Under the pieces are notes generated by a model. That model saw nothing but the letters and a program-made list of their open reading frames with translations, did not search any database and was not told the origin of the DNA. From an uncultured virus (IMG/VR IMGVR_UViG_3300045391_007423) (lineage: Duplodnaviria > Heunggongvirae > Uroviricota > Caudoviricetes), in IMG/VR virus record IMGVR_UViG_3300045391_007423: a stretch of 64,000 bases of DNA. One strand, 5' to 3'. Made by a program: the position numbers and the translations under genes. Position 1 is the first letter of the stretch. Every line of letters starts with the position of its first letter. Below, one piece after another: positions 37,557 to 47,234 of the stretch.

Positions 37557-38486
37557 ATGAATGAAACAATTCTCTTCCCTACAGCACATGACTATCATGT
37601 TGATACAATCTGCAAACAAATTGTACACACACTGTACGAGCGGCAGTGTGCGGTGAAAGGTGTTAAGGTCCTCTTTACGACCTACACGAATGAAAATGAC
37701 CGATTCATCTACATCAATCATATTGCGATCCCCCATCTAGACGTTGAGCTAGAATTTGATCGTAATCAAGGGTATATCGACCATAATCGGTACAACACAG
37801 CAGCAGTTGGAACACTGGCAATACCCAGGAAACTTCTCAATCTCTATGGGGATCATAGTGGACCAATATTCTATACCTATGTCGGATTGCATTGGTCAGA
37901 AGAGAAGGATGAATTCCTTCATGGTTTTAAAGTCAATAGCAGGCTCCATAAGGAGCCACGAACCTATCTCAAATACCGAGGTCAGGGCCTTCAACTGGTC
38001 CATGACAATGATCTAGGTCGCGAGTACGAGCCCCAGGGGAAAGAGCCCTATAGCTACAGCCTGGATGAGGTTATGAGCGAGTATAATGCATATCTAGGCG
38101 CTAGAGCACTTCCCTATATTATACAAGCACCTACACATTATAGCCCGAAACAATCGACAATAACGCTCCCAGATTATTGGCAAGGAGATGTCACTGAGGA
38201 AAACATTACAGCAATTGCGCAGAAACTCTGCCACATGCTCATTGCTAAAAATTACACCTTTCATGATGGTTGGTCATCTTCACCTCATCAAAAAGTGATA
38301 GGTCAGAGTGTTGCAACATCTGAGTCCAGATATTATGGTACCTCTATTACAGTGACAGATACATACGGACTCTGGAGCATCCATACTCATAAGACACATA
38401 TTACCTTTGCTGGTACTACAGTAAAAATTCACCATTTTGCTCCAGGTGGGAATGAGTTAAACTGGACAATTACAACCCAGGCATAG
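37557..38486 (+). CDS. Hypothetical protein
   Basis: 309 aa; leader motif and RBS. Confidence 0.7.
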   Translation: MNETILFPTAHDYHVDTICKQIVHTLYERQCAVKGVKVLFTTYTNENDRFIYINHIAIPHLDVELEFDRNQGYIDHNRYNTAAVGTLAIPRKLLNLYGDHSGPIFYTYVGLHWSEEKDEFLHGFKVNSRLHKEPRTYLKYRGQGLQLVHDNDLGREYEPQGKEPYSYSLDEVMSEYNAYLGARALPYIIQAPTHYSPKQSTITLPDYWQGDVTEENITAIAQKLCHMLIAKNYTFHDGWSSSPHQKVIGQSVATSESRYYGTSITVTDTYGLWSIHTHKTHITFAGTTVKIHHFAPGGNELNWTITTQA

Positions 38487-38570
38487 CAGCCTTTCCTTCA
38501 GTGTTTCTTCACAAAGAGAACGAGATTGTCATATACGACAGTCTCGTTTTTTTGTGCTCAGTACGACACT

Positions 38571-38610
38571 AAAAATGTTGCGAACTCCCTCAGCTTGTCG
38601 CAACATTTCT
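38571..38610. repeat. 40-bp palindromic site, copy 3
   Basis: AAAAATGTTGCGA-ACTCCCTCAGCTTG-TCGCAACATTTCT. Confidence 0.9.
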
Positions 38611-38806
38611 GTCCGAAGAGTGTTAGCTAACGCCAGAGCTTCGCACCACCACGCACACAACAAAAAAGCGCGTCCAGAAGAACAAAGGGTTCGGGGGAAA
38701 AGAGAAGGACGACGGGCCGCCAGAAGGAGGTGTACCAGACACAAAGGGTGTTTGGGCAAAAAATAAAAAAGAGCTGCACACCAAAGCAGCAAGAAAGGGT
38801 CCAATA

Positions 38807-40162
38807 ATGTCTAACATCTCCACCACCAACAACCTGTCTATTGTCGCAAACATCCCGGCAAAAAGCGAGACAAATTATCGTTCAAAAATTACTTCTTTCA
38901 ACTATGACACAGAGTTAGAAAAAGCTGCCGAAAATGATCTGTCGGCAATCATCCAGATTGGAAAATTTGTCCGAGAGAAGCTACTCCAGGCCACGCAGCG
39001 AGCGCAGAAGGCTGATCAGAAACTTCGGATCAATCGTTCTCGCCGCCAGAACGACCCGAATGTCAGCAAATTACGGAATATTAATCAAATTTATGCTAAT
39101 CTTCGCAATGACCTCATAGAGGTCTACGATCTGGCAAAAGATGGCAACGATGTCTCTCAACATCAAGTCTGGGAACGCCTTACAAATCATCATATTACCG
39201 GAAAAGATGTCCAGTACATGGGACCGATCTCGGCCCTAGATCTGGCACTGCTCACAGAATCATCCATCACTTACAGCAATCCCTACATTGTCAGAGGGAT
39301 GTCAGATCCTCAAATGCAGCATCTCAATTGGGGAACACTGATTCCAGTTGAGGAAGGCTTCCTGTTGACCGTCAACAAACAGGAGATCCTGCTGGAGGGT
39401 GAGATGGCTCACCAGATCTTGATCTCCGCACGCCTGACAGAGAACACGCCCTGGAATGGGGAATGCGTTATTCCGTCAAAGAGCCTGTCCCGTTTTAACG
39501 GATACTCATTGATCATTCCACCGTTGGCGAGATATACCAACACAGAGACAGGCGAGGTGATCGAAAGCCCAAACGTGATGCTGGATCTGCAAGGAAATGA
39601 TTATCCCATTACAGAGGACATGCGTATATCGATGTCCAGTATCACGTATGATGCTCTGGTCGCATCCCTGGCCTTTGCCAGATACGGCAATGCGGATTAT
39701 GAACAGGAGTCCAATCTGCTCATAACATGCTTTGGTGAGGCTCGTGCGCCAAAGCATGCCTGTGATGTCCAGTATTACTTCACCCGATCCTGGTTTGATC
39801 GGGTCGCAGCGAACAACCGGGATTATTACTTCGGTGAAGGCCGAACGCTGAACGGTCTCTCAGAAAAGAAGATTGCAAACTATGAACTCTATTGTCAAGC
39901 CTGGCCTACCTATCAAGCGCTTATCGCGGCTCGACAAGAAGCAGCTCGACTGGCACGTGAAGAGCGCTTTGCTCACGTAGAACAGAGTCGGCAGTCACAG
40001 GAACAGCTTCAGGACACAATAAAGAAAGTAGAAATAGAACAGCGGAAAATTGCTGAGAAGAATGGGTTAGCCATTCCAGTGCCCACAACGGATCGGGGGC
40101 AGACAATCGATGAGGAGTTCGAGTATCTCGCCGAACTAGACGGCCTGGACGGTCTCGCTTAG
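38807..40162 (+). CDS. Hypothetical protein (451 aa)
   Basis: Long ORF; leader motif; coiled-coil ends. Confidence 0.75.
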   Translation: MSNISTTNNLSIVANIPAKSETNYRSKITSFNYDTELEKAAENDLSAIIQIGKFVREKLLQATQRAQKADQKLRINRSRRQNDPNVSKLRNINQIYANLRNDLIEVYDLAKDGNDVSQHQVWERLTNHHITGKDVQYMGPISALDLALLTESSITYSNPYIVRGMSDPQMQHLNWGTLIPVEEGFLLTVNKQEILLEGEMAHQILISARLTENTPWNGECVIPSKSLSRFNGYSLIIPPLARYTNTETGEVIESPNVMLDLQGNDYPITEDMRISMSSITYDALVASLAFARYGNADYEQESNLLITCFGEARAPKHACDVQYYFTRSWFDRVAANNRDYYFGEGRTLNGLSEKKIANYELYCQAWPTYQALIAARQEAARLAREERFAHVEQSRQSQEQLQDTIKKVEIEQRKIAEKNGLAIPVPTTDRGQTIDEEFEYLAELDGLDGLA

Positions 40163-40615
40163 CACAGACAGGAGAGGGGAGAGATGACAACATCTTTCTT
40201 CTCTCTGTTTTTGTGTGTATCTTTTCATACTTTCATCACTGCTGATGAGAACATTCATCACTTTTGATGATGCAAAAGATGCATTGGTATGGTATGCTAG
40301 AGGAGGAGATGCGGAACAGTCATACCAGTAAGGTATGGAAGTTATTCTCTTGTTTGATCAGATGTTCTAGGAGATATCTCCTACATCCGTAAAAAAATAT
40401 GGGAGACTTCTCTGATGTGTTCCGTCAGTAGACCCGTTATACTCTTCTTGTGCTCAGGAAGTTCTTCTTCTCTCCCTTTACCTCCGTAGAAAAGAACAGA
40501 AGAAAAGGGACGGTCACAACAACCGCCCGGAAGAAAGAGAAGGACGACGACACGCCAGGAAGAAGCGTTATCGTTAGTCAAAAAAAAGTAAAAACAGTGA
40601 AAGAAAGGACCAATC

Positions 40616-40984
40616 ATGAAGATTATCAACTTTTCCCATCCTTTAAACAGTGAAGAGATTCAAAAATTGATCGGCGTTCAGGATACTGAAGTGATTACGG
40701 TGCCAGTAGTAATTCGACCTATCAGTGAGATTCCATTGGCAGAGCAAATCAGAGGTATCGTCGATGCAGTGGGCTTTACCGCCGAGCAGTGGCAGACAAC
40801 ACCATTTCTGATCAATATACCTGGCTTTGGCAGCGCAACCGCAGGTGTGCTTGCAGAAATCCATGGTCGTACAGGTCATTTCCCAACAATGCTTATTCTG
40901 GAGCGCCAGGATGGTGCCTTTAAGATCGCTGGGACTCAGGACCTCCAGAGCATTCGCGAGCAGGCTCGTAGCCGCCGCTTCTAA
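40616..40984 (+). CDS. csx15: Csx15-like protein (type III CRISPR ring-nuclease / cOA-binding family)
   Basis: INFSHPL...EQ....D...T.EQWQT.P.LIN.PG...LAEIHGRTGHFP...LQ.IR..AR.RR matches the Csx15 motif series as recalled. Confidence 0.85.
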   Translation: MKIINFSHPLNSEEIQKLIGVQDTEVITVPVVIRPISEIPLAEQIRGIVDAVGFTAEQWQTTPFLINIPGFGSATAGVLAEIHGRTGHFPTMLILERQDGAFKIAGTQDLQSIREQARSRRF

Positions 40985-41082
40985 TTAATTCGTATAGTTA
41001 TTCGCCTCCTGCTCTGCTCTTTCTATGAGAGTATCAGGAGGCTCGTTCCATGAAATTGTTTAAAAGAAAGAAGGAAAGTACC

Positions 41083-41454
41083 ATGAATAACAAAAATATT
41101 GAGTTCCGTTTTATTAACTGGAGTAACATATACATCCTTTGCAAGGATCTGCCTGCTGTAGAAGCGCTCCTTCAGCAAGCAGCGTGGACGGCTATGCCCA
41201 CTACGATCAACGATGTTGTTACGCTGGTGGCACCGAAAACGAGCCCATATGTGGCGACAGATAACTACGATGTAATACGGGCGTTTGCCCCGTACGTCAT
41301 CATTCCAGGGGGGCACCTCATCCTAGAGAGAACTGATACGACCTCCTACCAGAAGGACTGGCTTCACATTGTCTTCTCTGGGAAGAGCGACTTCTGGGAA
41401 GAGATCACGCCTGCCGGACAGTGGCAATGCCAGCAGATTCGAGGCGTATTATAA
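41083..41454 (+). CDS. Hypothetical cassette protein
   Basis: AAGGA RBS; lies between repeats. Confidence 0.6.
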   Translation: MNNKNIEFRFINWSNIYILCKDLPAVEALLQQAAWTAMPTTINDVVTLVAPKTSPYVATDNYDVIRAFAPYVIIPGGHLILERTDTTSYQKDWLHIVFSGKSDFWEEITPAGQWQCQQIRGVL

Positions 41455-41559
41455 TTTTTTATTGCGAGTGTTTCTAACTCTTAGTTGTTATTCGCCTCCT
41501 GCTCTGCTCTGCCTTACCCACGAGAGTATCAGGAGGCTTACTGGAAAGGAACATAAAAG

Positions 41560-41775
41560 GTGTTTTGTTTTTACTGCCACGAAAAAGTGACTGAGTGCCG
41601 TTGTCCCAACGAAGGAAAACGTGCCGTCGCAACCTGGGAGGAGGCAACGGGATTTTGGATGGTGGGATATGGACTGAGAGAGACCACTCCCGATAACTTC
41701 TATGCGAGTGATGTATGTGCTAATTGTGGAAATTTTAGTGGATATGGGGTAATGTTTTGCGGTCAGTGTGATTAA
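41560..41775 (+). CDS. Small Cys-rich Zn-finger-like protein
   Basis: CFYC..C.C, CANC, CGQC; GTG start. Confidence 0.6.
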   Translation: MFCFYCHEKVTECRCPNEGKRAVATWEEATGFWMVGYGLRETTPDNFYASDVCANCGNFSGYGVMFCGQCD

Positions 41776-41842
41776 AGTTATTTGCCTCCTACTCTGCTCT
41801 TTTCATGAGAGTATCAGGAGGCTCGTTTGAAAGGGCAAAATA

Positions 41843-42058
41843 ATGGATCAGTTACATATCGTTATCCTTGATGTTCAGGATACCAACAATGGGCTTGAGC
41901 ACTATGCCACCGTTGTTTTAACGAAACGTGCGTCTTCACCCAAAGATGCCTTACAGCAAGCCATTGATGGTTTTGCAAATTACGGCGGCAATCTTTCCTT
42001 TGATGACTCCGTAGCATATCTGCTAGAGCCAGAGCCAAAAGAATATTATCGCGATTAG
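41843..42058 (+). CDS. Small acidic cassette protein
   Basis: 71 aa between repeats. Confidence 0.6.
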   Translation: MDQLHIVILDVQDTNNGLEHYATVVLTKRASSPKDALQQAIDGFANYGGNLSFDDSVAYLLEPEPKEYYRD

Positions 42059-42119
42059 TTGATTATCTGCCTCCTGATGCACGCAGAGCAGGAGGATTGT
42101 TCCATGAAAGGGTAAGAAT

Positions 42120-42335
42120 ATGAAATATATTGTCATATTGATTGTAAATAAATCTTCTGGATATAGATACGGTATCTTTGTTCGGATAGAAACAGCAGAT
42201 AGCCCGGAGGCAGCAATCAAGAATGCTGTAAGTCATTACGATTTTGAAGATGACTTCAGTGTCAATGCTGAAGCCCATCAAATAACGAATGATAAATCAT
42301 CGGAGTTATTTTCCGATATTCAAGATTTTGGCTAA
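42120..42335 (+). CDS. Small cassette protein
   Basis: 71 aa; A.SP..A...A pattern shared with 41843-42058. Confidence 0.6.
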   Translation: MKYIVILIVNKSSGYRYGIFVRIETADSPEAAIKNAVSHYDFEDDFSVNAEAHQITNDKSSELFSDIQDFG

Positions 42336-42392
42336 TTAGAGTGATTCTAAAATCGAGCGCAACTGACATCTTGCCCGGAGACAATAAAGGAG

Positions 42393-43289
42393 ATGAAAAG
42401 AAGAATGGAAGCGAGAATACAACTAATAGAGATGGCGCGAAAGATTGCCATCTATCAAGAACTAGAAGATCTCATCGATGGACTCCAACCGCTCGATATT
42501 CTCAACAAAAAGCTCGAACATGAACAAGAGGAGTTTGCTGAAACACTCGCAACAAAAGATGTCTGGCATCAACTTCATAAGGCTGCTGATATTGTCTATT
42601 ATGCAGCATGTGTAGACCATATAGCTGATATCCATTTTCAGCAAAATGGTCATAGAAATGCTACACCTGGCCTCTTTTATTACAGTCAATTACGCGATAC
42701 ATCACAAGCGATGCATATAAAAAGAGCAATGCTTGAAACGGCTGCTCTCACGAAATATACATTTCTTTCTTGTGAGAACCCAGAGAATGAAGCGTATGAA
42801 ATAATGCTTATGCAGCTTGTACTGAACACCAACACTGAAATTACTGAAATTAAAGAAGAGCACTCCATGAAGCATAACAGACATGCGAAAGATCTTCTTT
42901 ATCCGAGAATCTTAATCGATTCTCAAAATCATGGACGATGCGGGAAGTTCCCTTATGAGAAAGATCACGATTGCCTAGAATGCAATGATATTCGTGAGAG
43001 AACCTCTGCGTATCAAGCACGAGCTATTGCTCGTTATGGCCTCCATGTCGGAGATATCCTGCCCAATGGAGACGTTATCGATTCTTTTTCAGTCTCATTC
43101 AATGGCTACAATGTCATTGACGGACTTACCATTACGTACATGCATGATGGGAAACAGTGCATCCTTGAGGAGAATACCTTTAAGGAATGGGGTATTTCCC
43201 CTCAAAGGTATCAGATCAGGCGTTGTAGGGACTGTGGATATGAAATTCTGGATAAAGATCCTTATTGCCTCAACTGTCATCCAGATTGA
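42393..43289 (+). CDS. MazG/NTP-pyrophosphatase-like domain plus Zn ribbon
   Basis: KLEHEQEEF...LHKAADIVYY; C-terminal CRDC..CLNC. Confidence 0.5.
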   Translation: MKRRMEARIQLIEMARKIAIYQELEDLIDGLQPLDILNKKLEHEQEEFAETLATKDVWHQLHKAADIVYYAACVDHIADIHFQQNGHRNATPGLFYYSQLRDTSQAMHIKRAMLETAALTKYTFLSCENPENEAYEIMLMQLVLNTNTEITEIKEEHSMKHNRHAKDLLYPRILIDSQNHGRCGKFPYEKDHDCLECNDIRERTSAYQARAIARYGLHVGDILPNGDVIDSFSVSFNGYNVIDGLTITYMHDGKQCILEENTFKEWGISPQRYQIRRCRDCGYEILDKDPYCLNCHPD

Positions 43290-43474
43290 ATTCTGAAATA
43301 CATTCAGCCAGGCACCTATGTTGGTGTGGTAGACGAAGATTATAACCAGTTCAGGTTGGTCGCCAGAAACGGCGAAATTGACCGTATCTATCCCACGTGG
43401 GACATGTAAATAAGTTCATCGGGCGGGACTGACCATCTTGCCCTGAGATACATCAGAAGAAAAGGAAAAGAACG

Positions 43475-44566
43475 ATGAAAGAGGAGACCTATACCGTGAG
43501 CTTTGTCTCATATTCGGGGATGGAGCCAGATGATAATGATAAGACTCCATTCTTTGGAAAAGACGCTCTGGAGAATGCGCGGGCCTACGCTCATGAAGCT
43601 CGTGGGTCGCTTGGGAAATGCACTGCCTGGGTGCATGGCTCAGAAGAAATAAGCGAGGATCATTCTGTTTCTCGCGAGCGATGCGAGGTCTGTATCGAGG
43701 CCATTCTTGCGCTGCCGTTGGGAAAGGTACAGAAGACCCTGGTATCCTATGCACGGAAGATTGCTGTGCAGCAAGGTCATACGGCCCTTGTGAAGGGATT
43801 ACAAGCGCCAGAGATATTGGTCGCCAAGCTCAATCACAAGTTGAAAGAGCTTCAAGCGGCACCGGATCTACTCAACTGCCTGCATGAAATTGCAGATGTC
43901 ATCTATTATAGTGCTAGTCTGGAGGAGTTAGATCCTAACGGCCACTATGCAAATCAGATTGAGTGGCCGTGTAAGTCACTTAACGGCTACTTTGGTACTG
44001 CTACCCTGTGCGTGAAACTGCCTATTCCCACGGCAGAGGTCACGCCCCGGATGAGGATGATCGCAGCAGCATTGAAATACTTCTCTCGTTCCAATAAATG
44101 TCTCTCTAAGGAGCATGAACTTACTCTGATGGGTAAAGTATATGCTCGTGGATTAGGGCGAATGAAGCAAACGATGACGAAGCAATTTCCTTACCGTCAC
44201 GTCTTGCTTTCATGTGGTCATGTAGTTCCCTGGGAAGATTGCCAAACATATACACATCCTATGTTCTCCTCTGATATGTTGTTCTCCTCTGATCTTGAAG
44301 AGGAAACCTATAGTTGGAGATGTAATGCCTATTGCCCCAGATGTAATGAGGAGAGTTCTGTCGTGGGGTATAACCCCCATGACTTTCCAGCGGATCTGGG
44401 TATCCCGCTTCGTCATGTCTTGCTTTCATGTGGGTGCGTAGTTCCCTGGGAAGACACAGCACCACCATTACTCTTTAACCTATTACCCTGCCGCAAACAT
44501 ACTACCGTAGACGTTCTTGTGAAGCACCATATTATAGGATTCCACAAGAAAGACTTTACCAATTAA
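43475..44566 (+). CDS. MazG-like paralog plus duplicated Zn-binding module
   Basis: ARKIA..GLQ..EIL..KL.H...LHEIADVIYY; RHVLLSCG.VVPWED twice. Confidence 0.5.
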   Translation: MKEETYTVSFVSYSGMEPDDNDKTPFFGKDALENARAYAHEARGSLGKCTAWVHGSEEISEDHSVSRERCEVCIEAILALPLGKVQKTLVSYARKIAVQQGHTALVKGLQAPEILVAKLNHKLKELQAAPDLLNCLHEIADVIYYSASLEELDPNGHYANQIEWPCKSLNGYFGTATLCVKLPIPTAEVTPRMRMIAAALKYFSRSNKCLSKEHELTLMGKVYARGLGRMKQTMTKQFPYRHVLLSCGHVVPWEDCQTYTHPMFSSDMLFSSDLEEETYSWRCNAYCPRCNEESSVVGYNPHDFPADLGIPLRHVLLSCGCVVPWEDTAPPLLFNLLPCRKHTTVDVLVKHHIIGFHKKDFTN

Positions 44567-44578
44567 ATGAGTTCATTT

Positions 44579-44618
44579 AAAAAACGCTGGTTCCTTTGCG
44601 GTTCCAGCGTTTTTTTTG
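44579..44618. terminator. Intrinsic terminator
   Basis: AAAAAACGCTGG...CCAGCGTTTTTTTT. Confidence 0.8.
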
Positions 44619-44647
44619 TGTATTGCAACCTGGCACATAAATAAGTA

Positions 44648-44676
44648 TTGACATTCAATTACATGTCAGATACAGT
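44648..44676 (+). promoter_or_regulatory. Sigma70-type promoter with overlapping TGACAT-N8-ATGTCA operator
   Basis: TTGACA-17-TACAGT. Confidence 0.7.
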
Positions 44677-44720
44677 ATAGATACAAACGTTGACGATAGT
44701 AAACACTGGTTGATAATAAA

Positions 44721-45227
44721 ATGGAAGAGCTACACACAGTTTCAACGAAACAGGGTTATGTCATTATCAGCATCGATTCAGAAACACGAACAGTACACTG
44801 GATCGAACCAACTGAAGGGAAAAGCCTCTATACGACGCGGCAGGGGGCACACCGCCGTCGAGAGCAACTGGAGGAAAAACTTATGCAAGCACAACTTGAG
44901 CAAGCGCTCGAAGCCTTTATTGCGTCATCGGACTTCAAATCGGGACTCATCTCTGCCACCAAAGCCTCTTGGGGTGGGGGTGGCTATAGTGTTGAGCTAT
45001 ACCCCACTGGCGATTGGCGTGTATTGTGGAATAACGAGATCGGAAATCTCTACAAAACGCCTGGTATTATCCTTGGACTACCGACACTCACTGATAGTGA
45101 GTATCAAAAGATAGTTATAGATGGTGGTATGTCGGAAGAAGATTTCTTCGATCTGGCATTTAGTAACGAGACAGATACATTGTCCGAAGAGTTGCGTGGA
45201 CACTTCGCTGAAGCGTTTTTTTCTTAA
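44721..45227 (+). CDS. Hypothetical protein
   Basis: 168 aa after the promoter. Confidence 0.65.
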   Translation: MEELHTVSTKQGYVIISIDSETRTVHWIEPTEGKSLYTTRQGAHRRREQLEEKLMQAQLEQALEAFIASSDFKSGLISATKASWGGGGYSVELYPTGDWRVLWNNEIGNLYKTPGIILGLPTLTDSEYQKIVIDGGMSEEDFFDLAFSNETDTLSEELRGHFAEAFFS

Positions 45228-45249
45228 TCCACGGAGGATAGTAAAGTAA

Positions 45250-45777
45250 ATGAGCAAGGCTTATTGCTCAATCTGTGATGTTGCCTTTACTGTAAGTGGT
45301 AGGGGCAATTTTCGTTATTGTCCAACCTGCCGAGGGAAGATTGAGCGTGGGGAACTGGACGCCAAGCGTAATGCACGATGGATTACAGATGCAGAGCGGA
45401 CACGGCAACGAGCGAACTACTTTCGTACACTCAAGAGACGAAAGGAACGCTATGCTTATGTTGATGCACGACGAGCATCCGGTGAACTTGTGTGCTACTG
45501 GTGCAAAAAGATTATACCAGTAGAAAAAGCCAAAAAACATTCTAAACAGAAATTTTGTAATCGTAATCATTCTGGGAAAGATCAAAGTGAAGGAAGGAAA
45601 CTTACCGATTATTACTATCACCTGGGAAAAAAGGGCAATGAGAAACTCCGGCATATCGAATACATGACCGGCATCAGGCCAGGCACAGAGAAGAGACGTG
45701 CTCATATTGCCCGGTTAACTGAGGAAAGACGGAACGGGAAGCCATGGGGGAAGACTGGTCCAAAGAAACAAAGATAG
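45250..45777 (+). CDS. Basic Zn-finger DNA-binding-like protein
   Basis: CSIC..CPTC and CYWC..C motifs; R/K-rich. Confidence 0.65.
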   Translation: MSKAYCSICDVAFTVSGRGNFRYCPTCRGKIERGELDAKRNARWITDAERTRQRANYFRTLKRRKERYAYVDARRASGELVCYWCKKIIPVEKAKKHSKQKFCNRNHSGKDQSEGRKLTDYYYHLGKKGNEKLRHIEYMTGIRPGTEKRRAHIARLTEERRNGKPWGKTGPKKQR

Positions 45778-45815
45778 CGCCTATCCGAGAGGACGGCGCT
45801 TTTTATTTCTTTTCC

Positions 45816-46349
45816 TCACTGTTTCTTCTTCTGCTGGGTATTTGTCTGAGCGACCAGTTTACGCACTGCTGCCAGATGGATCTTATCAGTATCCTGCACA
45901 ATGCGGTGATACTGAGTTGTCTGTCCCACCGGATGCCCCTGGTCATTGAGCAGACGTGCATAGCGTAAGAAGGGCCGAACGTTTTCTTCAACAGGGATCT
46001 CAGCAGCGACTCGCGCTAGCAGCAGGCTCTTTTCTCGCTCTTGCTCTTGCTCTCGCTGCTGCTCTTCTTCTGAGACATACACAGCTTGTGGAAGGAAGGG
46101 GATCTGGACAGAAGGATCTGTCATTGGTCCAGTGGTTCTTCCTGCTATTTCAGAGGGAAAGGTGCCTGGTGAAACAATCGGGTGAGGGAGCTGCCTATAG
46201 GGACGATAATACGAGTCGGTAGGAGAGGAAGGCTGCCAGGCTGCCGCATTCCGTTTGGCCTCTACAGGATCATGAAGCAGATCATCATGCCAGGATTTAA
46301 GAAGAGAGGCAAGACGACGTTTAGCTGAAGGCGGGAGAAACGAAAACAT
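45816..46349 (-). CDS. Hypothetical protein
   Basis: GAAAGGA RBS. Confidence 0.6.
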   Translation of the reverse strand: MFSFLPPSAKRRLASLLKSWHDDLLHDPVEAKRNAAAWQPSSPTDSYYRPYRQLPHPIVSPGTFPSEIAGRTTGPMTDPSVQIPFLPQAVYVSEEEQQREQEQEREKSLLLARVAAEIPVEENVRPFLRYARLLNDQGHPVGQTTQYHRIVQDTDKIHLAAVRKLVAQTNTQQKKKQ

Positions 46350-46648
46350 TGCAGGTCCTTTCTGGGAAAGATCCCTAAACTACACACATCGCGTTCCTCG
46401 CTATCCTCACTCACATCCTGTATGTCATGCAACTTTGCCTATCCTGATTCATCCTGTATCCTCTGGCTATATCAAAAACTTCCAGAGAACCTCCAGATGT
46501 TCTCCCCTCCTGTGTGTAGTAAGAGAGACAACCCCTACCAGAAACACTGAAGAAGAAAAGAATCTCAGTTGTGATGAGATACAGAGATACGCATACCTGT
46601 ATGCACACACACGCTCGTACCGTCCCGCACAACAGAAAGGAGCCTACC

Positions 46649-46861
46649 ATGGATCATCTTCAACAACCAGAGCCGCGTATCGGGGAGGCCGTTCAGCTCC
46701 CACCACTGCATCAGAGCATTGCCAACTGGATTGCCGCCGAGGTGACACGCCGGATCGGTGTCCCCGTTCGCGTTGTCGGATCCCATCTCTATCTTGACTC
46801 ACCAGATCGTTATCCAGAAGCGGTCACACTGATCGGCCAACTGGAACGACTGCTTTCTTGA
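46649..46861 (+). CDS. Hypothetical protein
   Basis: AAGGAG RBS. Confidence 0.55.
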   Translation: MDHLQQPEPRIGEAVQLPPLHQSIANWIAAEVTRRIGVPVRVVGSHLYLDSPDRYPEAVTLIGQLERLLS

Positions 46862-47011
46862 TAATCCTTTTGCAGAAATCGCCTGAGAGCGTTCAGAGAT
46901 GCCCTACAGGTATGATAGATATACAATCCACCAGCGCATCGGGAAGAATGGCGTTTTTTCGTCCCTCAGAGGCATACAGCAGCATTCTCTCGTGGTGGAT
47001 GTCTCTGCATT

Positions 47012-47230
47012 TCAGGACTGCTTCTTTTTGGGAGAGTGCTTCTTCACCCCGAATGTAGCGGCTCGACGCTCGACAGAGGTACGCTGAGAGGAGGTCAGTG
47101 GTGGTTTTGCGGCATTTTCAAGCTTGAGAGCGCTTTTTGCTGTGTGGACACTATCGATCGGAAACTTGGCCTTGCCATCTACATGGACAGTGGCCGCCTT
47201 CTTTCGTCGCTTTGCAGGAATATCGGTCAT
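47012..47230 (-). CDS. Small basic DUF6582-like protein
   Basis: KFPIDSVHTAKSAL...V.RRAATFGV pattern; GAGGAGG RBS. Confidence 0.55.
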   Translation of the reverse strand: MTDIPAKRRKKAATVHVDGKAKFPIDSVHTAKSALKLENAAKPPLTSSQRTSVERRAATFGVKKHSPKKKQS

Positions 47231-47234
47231 AGCG

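Larger units (their letters stand above)
40997..42110 (+). repeat. Four inter-gene hairpin repeats (GCCTCCTG...CAGGAGGC)
   Basis: Copies at about 40997-41055, 41487-41549, 41777-41834 and 42061-42110, each between a stop codon and the next start. Confidence 0.9.

Noticed and set aside
40997..42110. CRISPR array or solitary-repeat RNA anti-CRISPR next to csx15
   Set aside because: Units are about 50-60 bp and separated by 200-400 bp ORFs, not 30-40 bp spacers; the TGAAAG end doubles as an RBS
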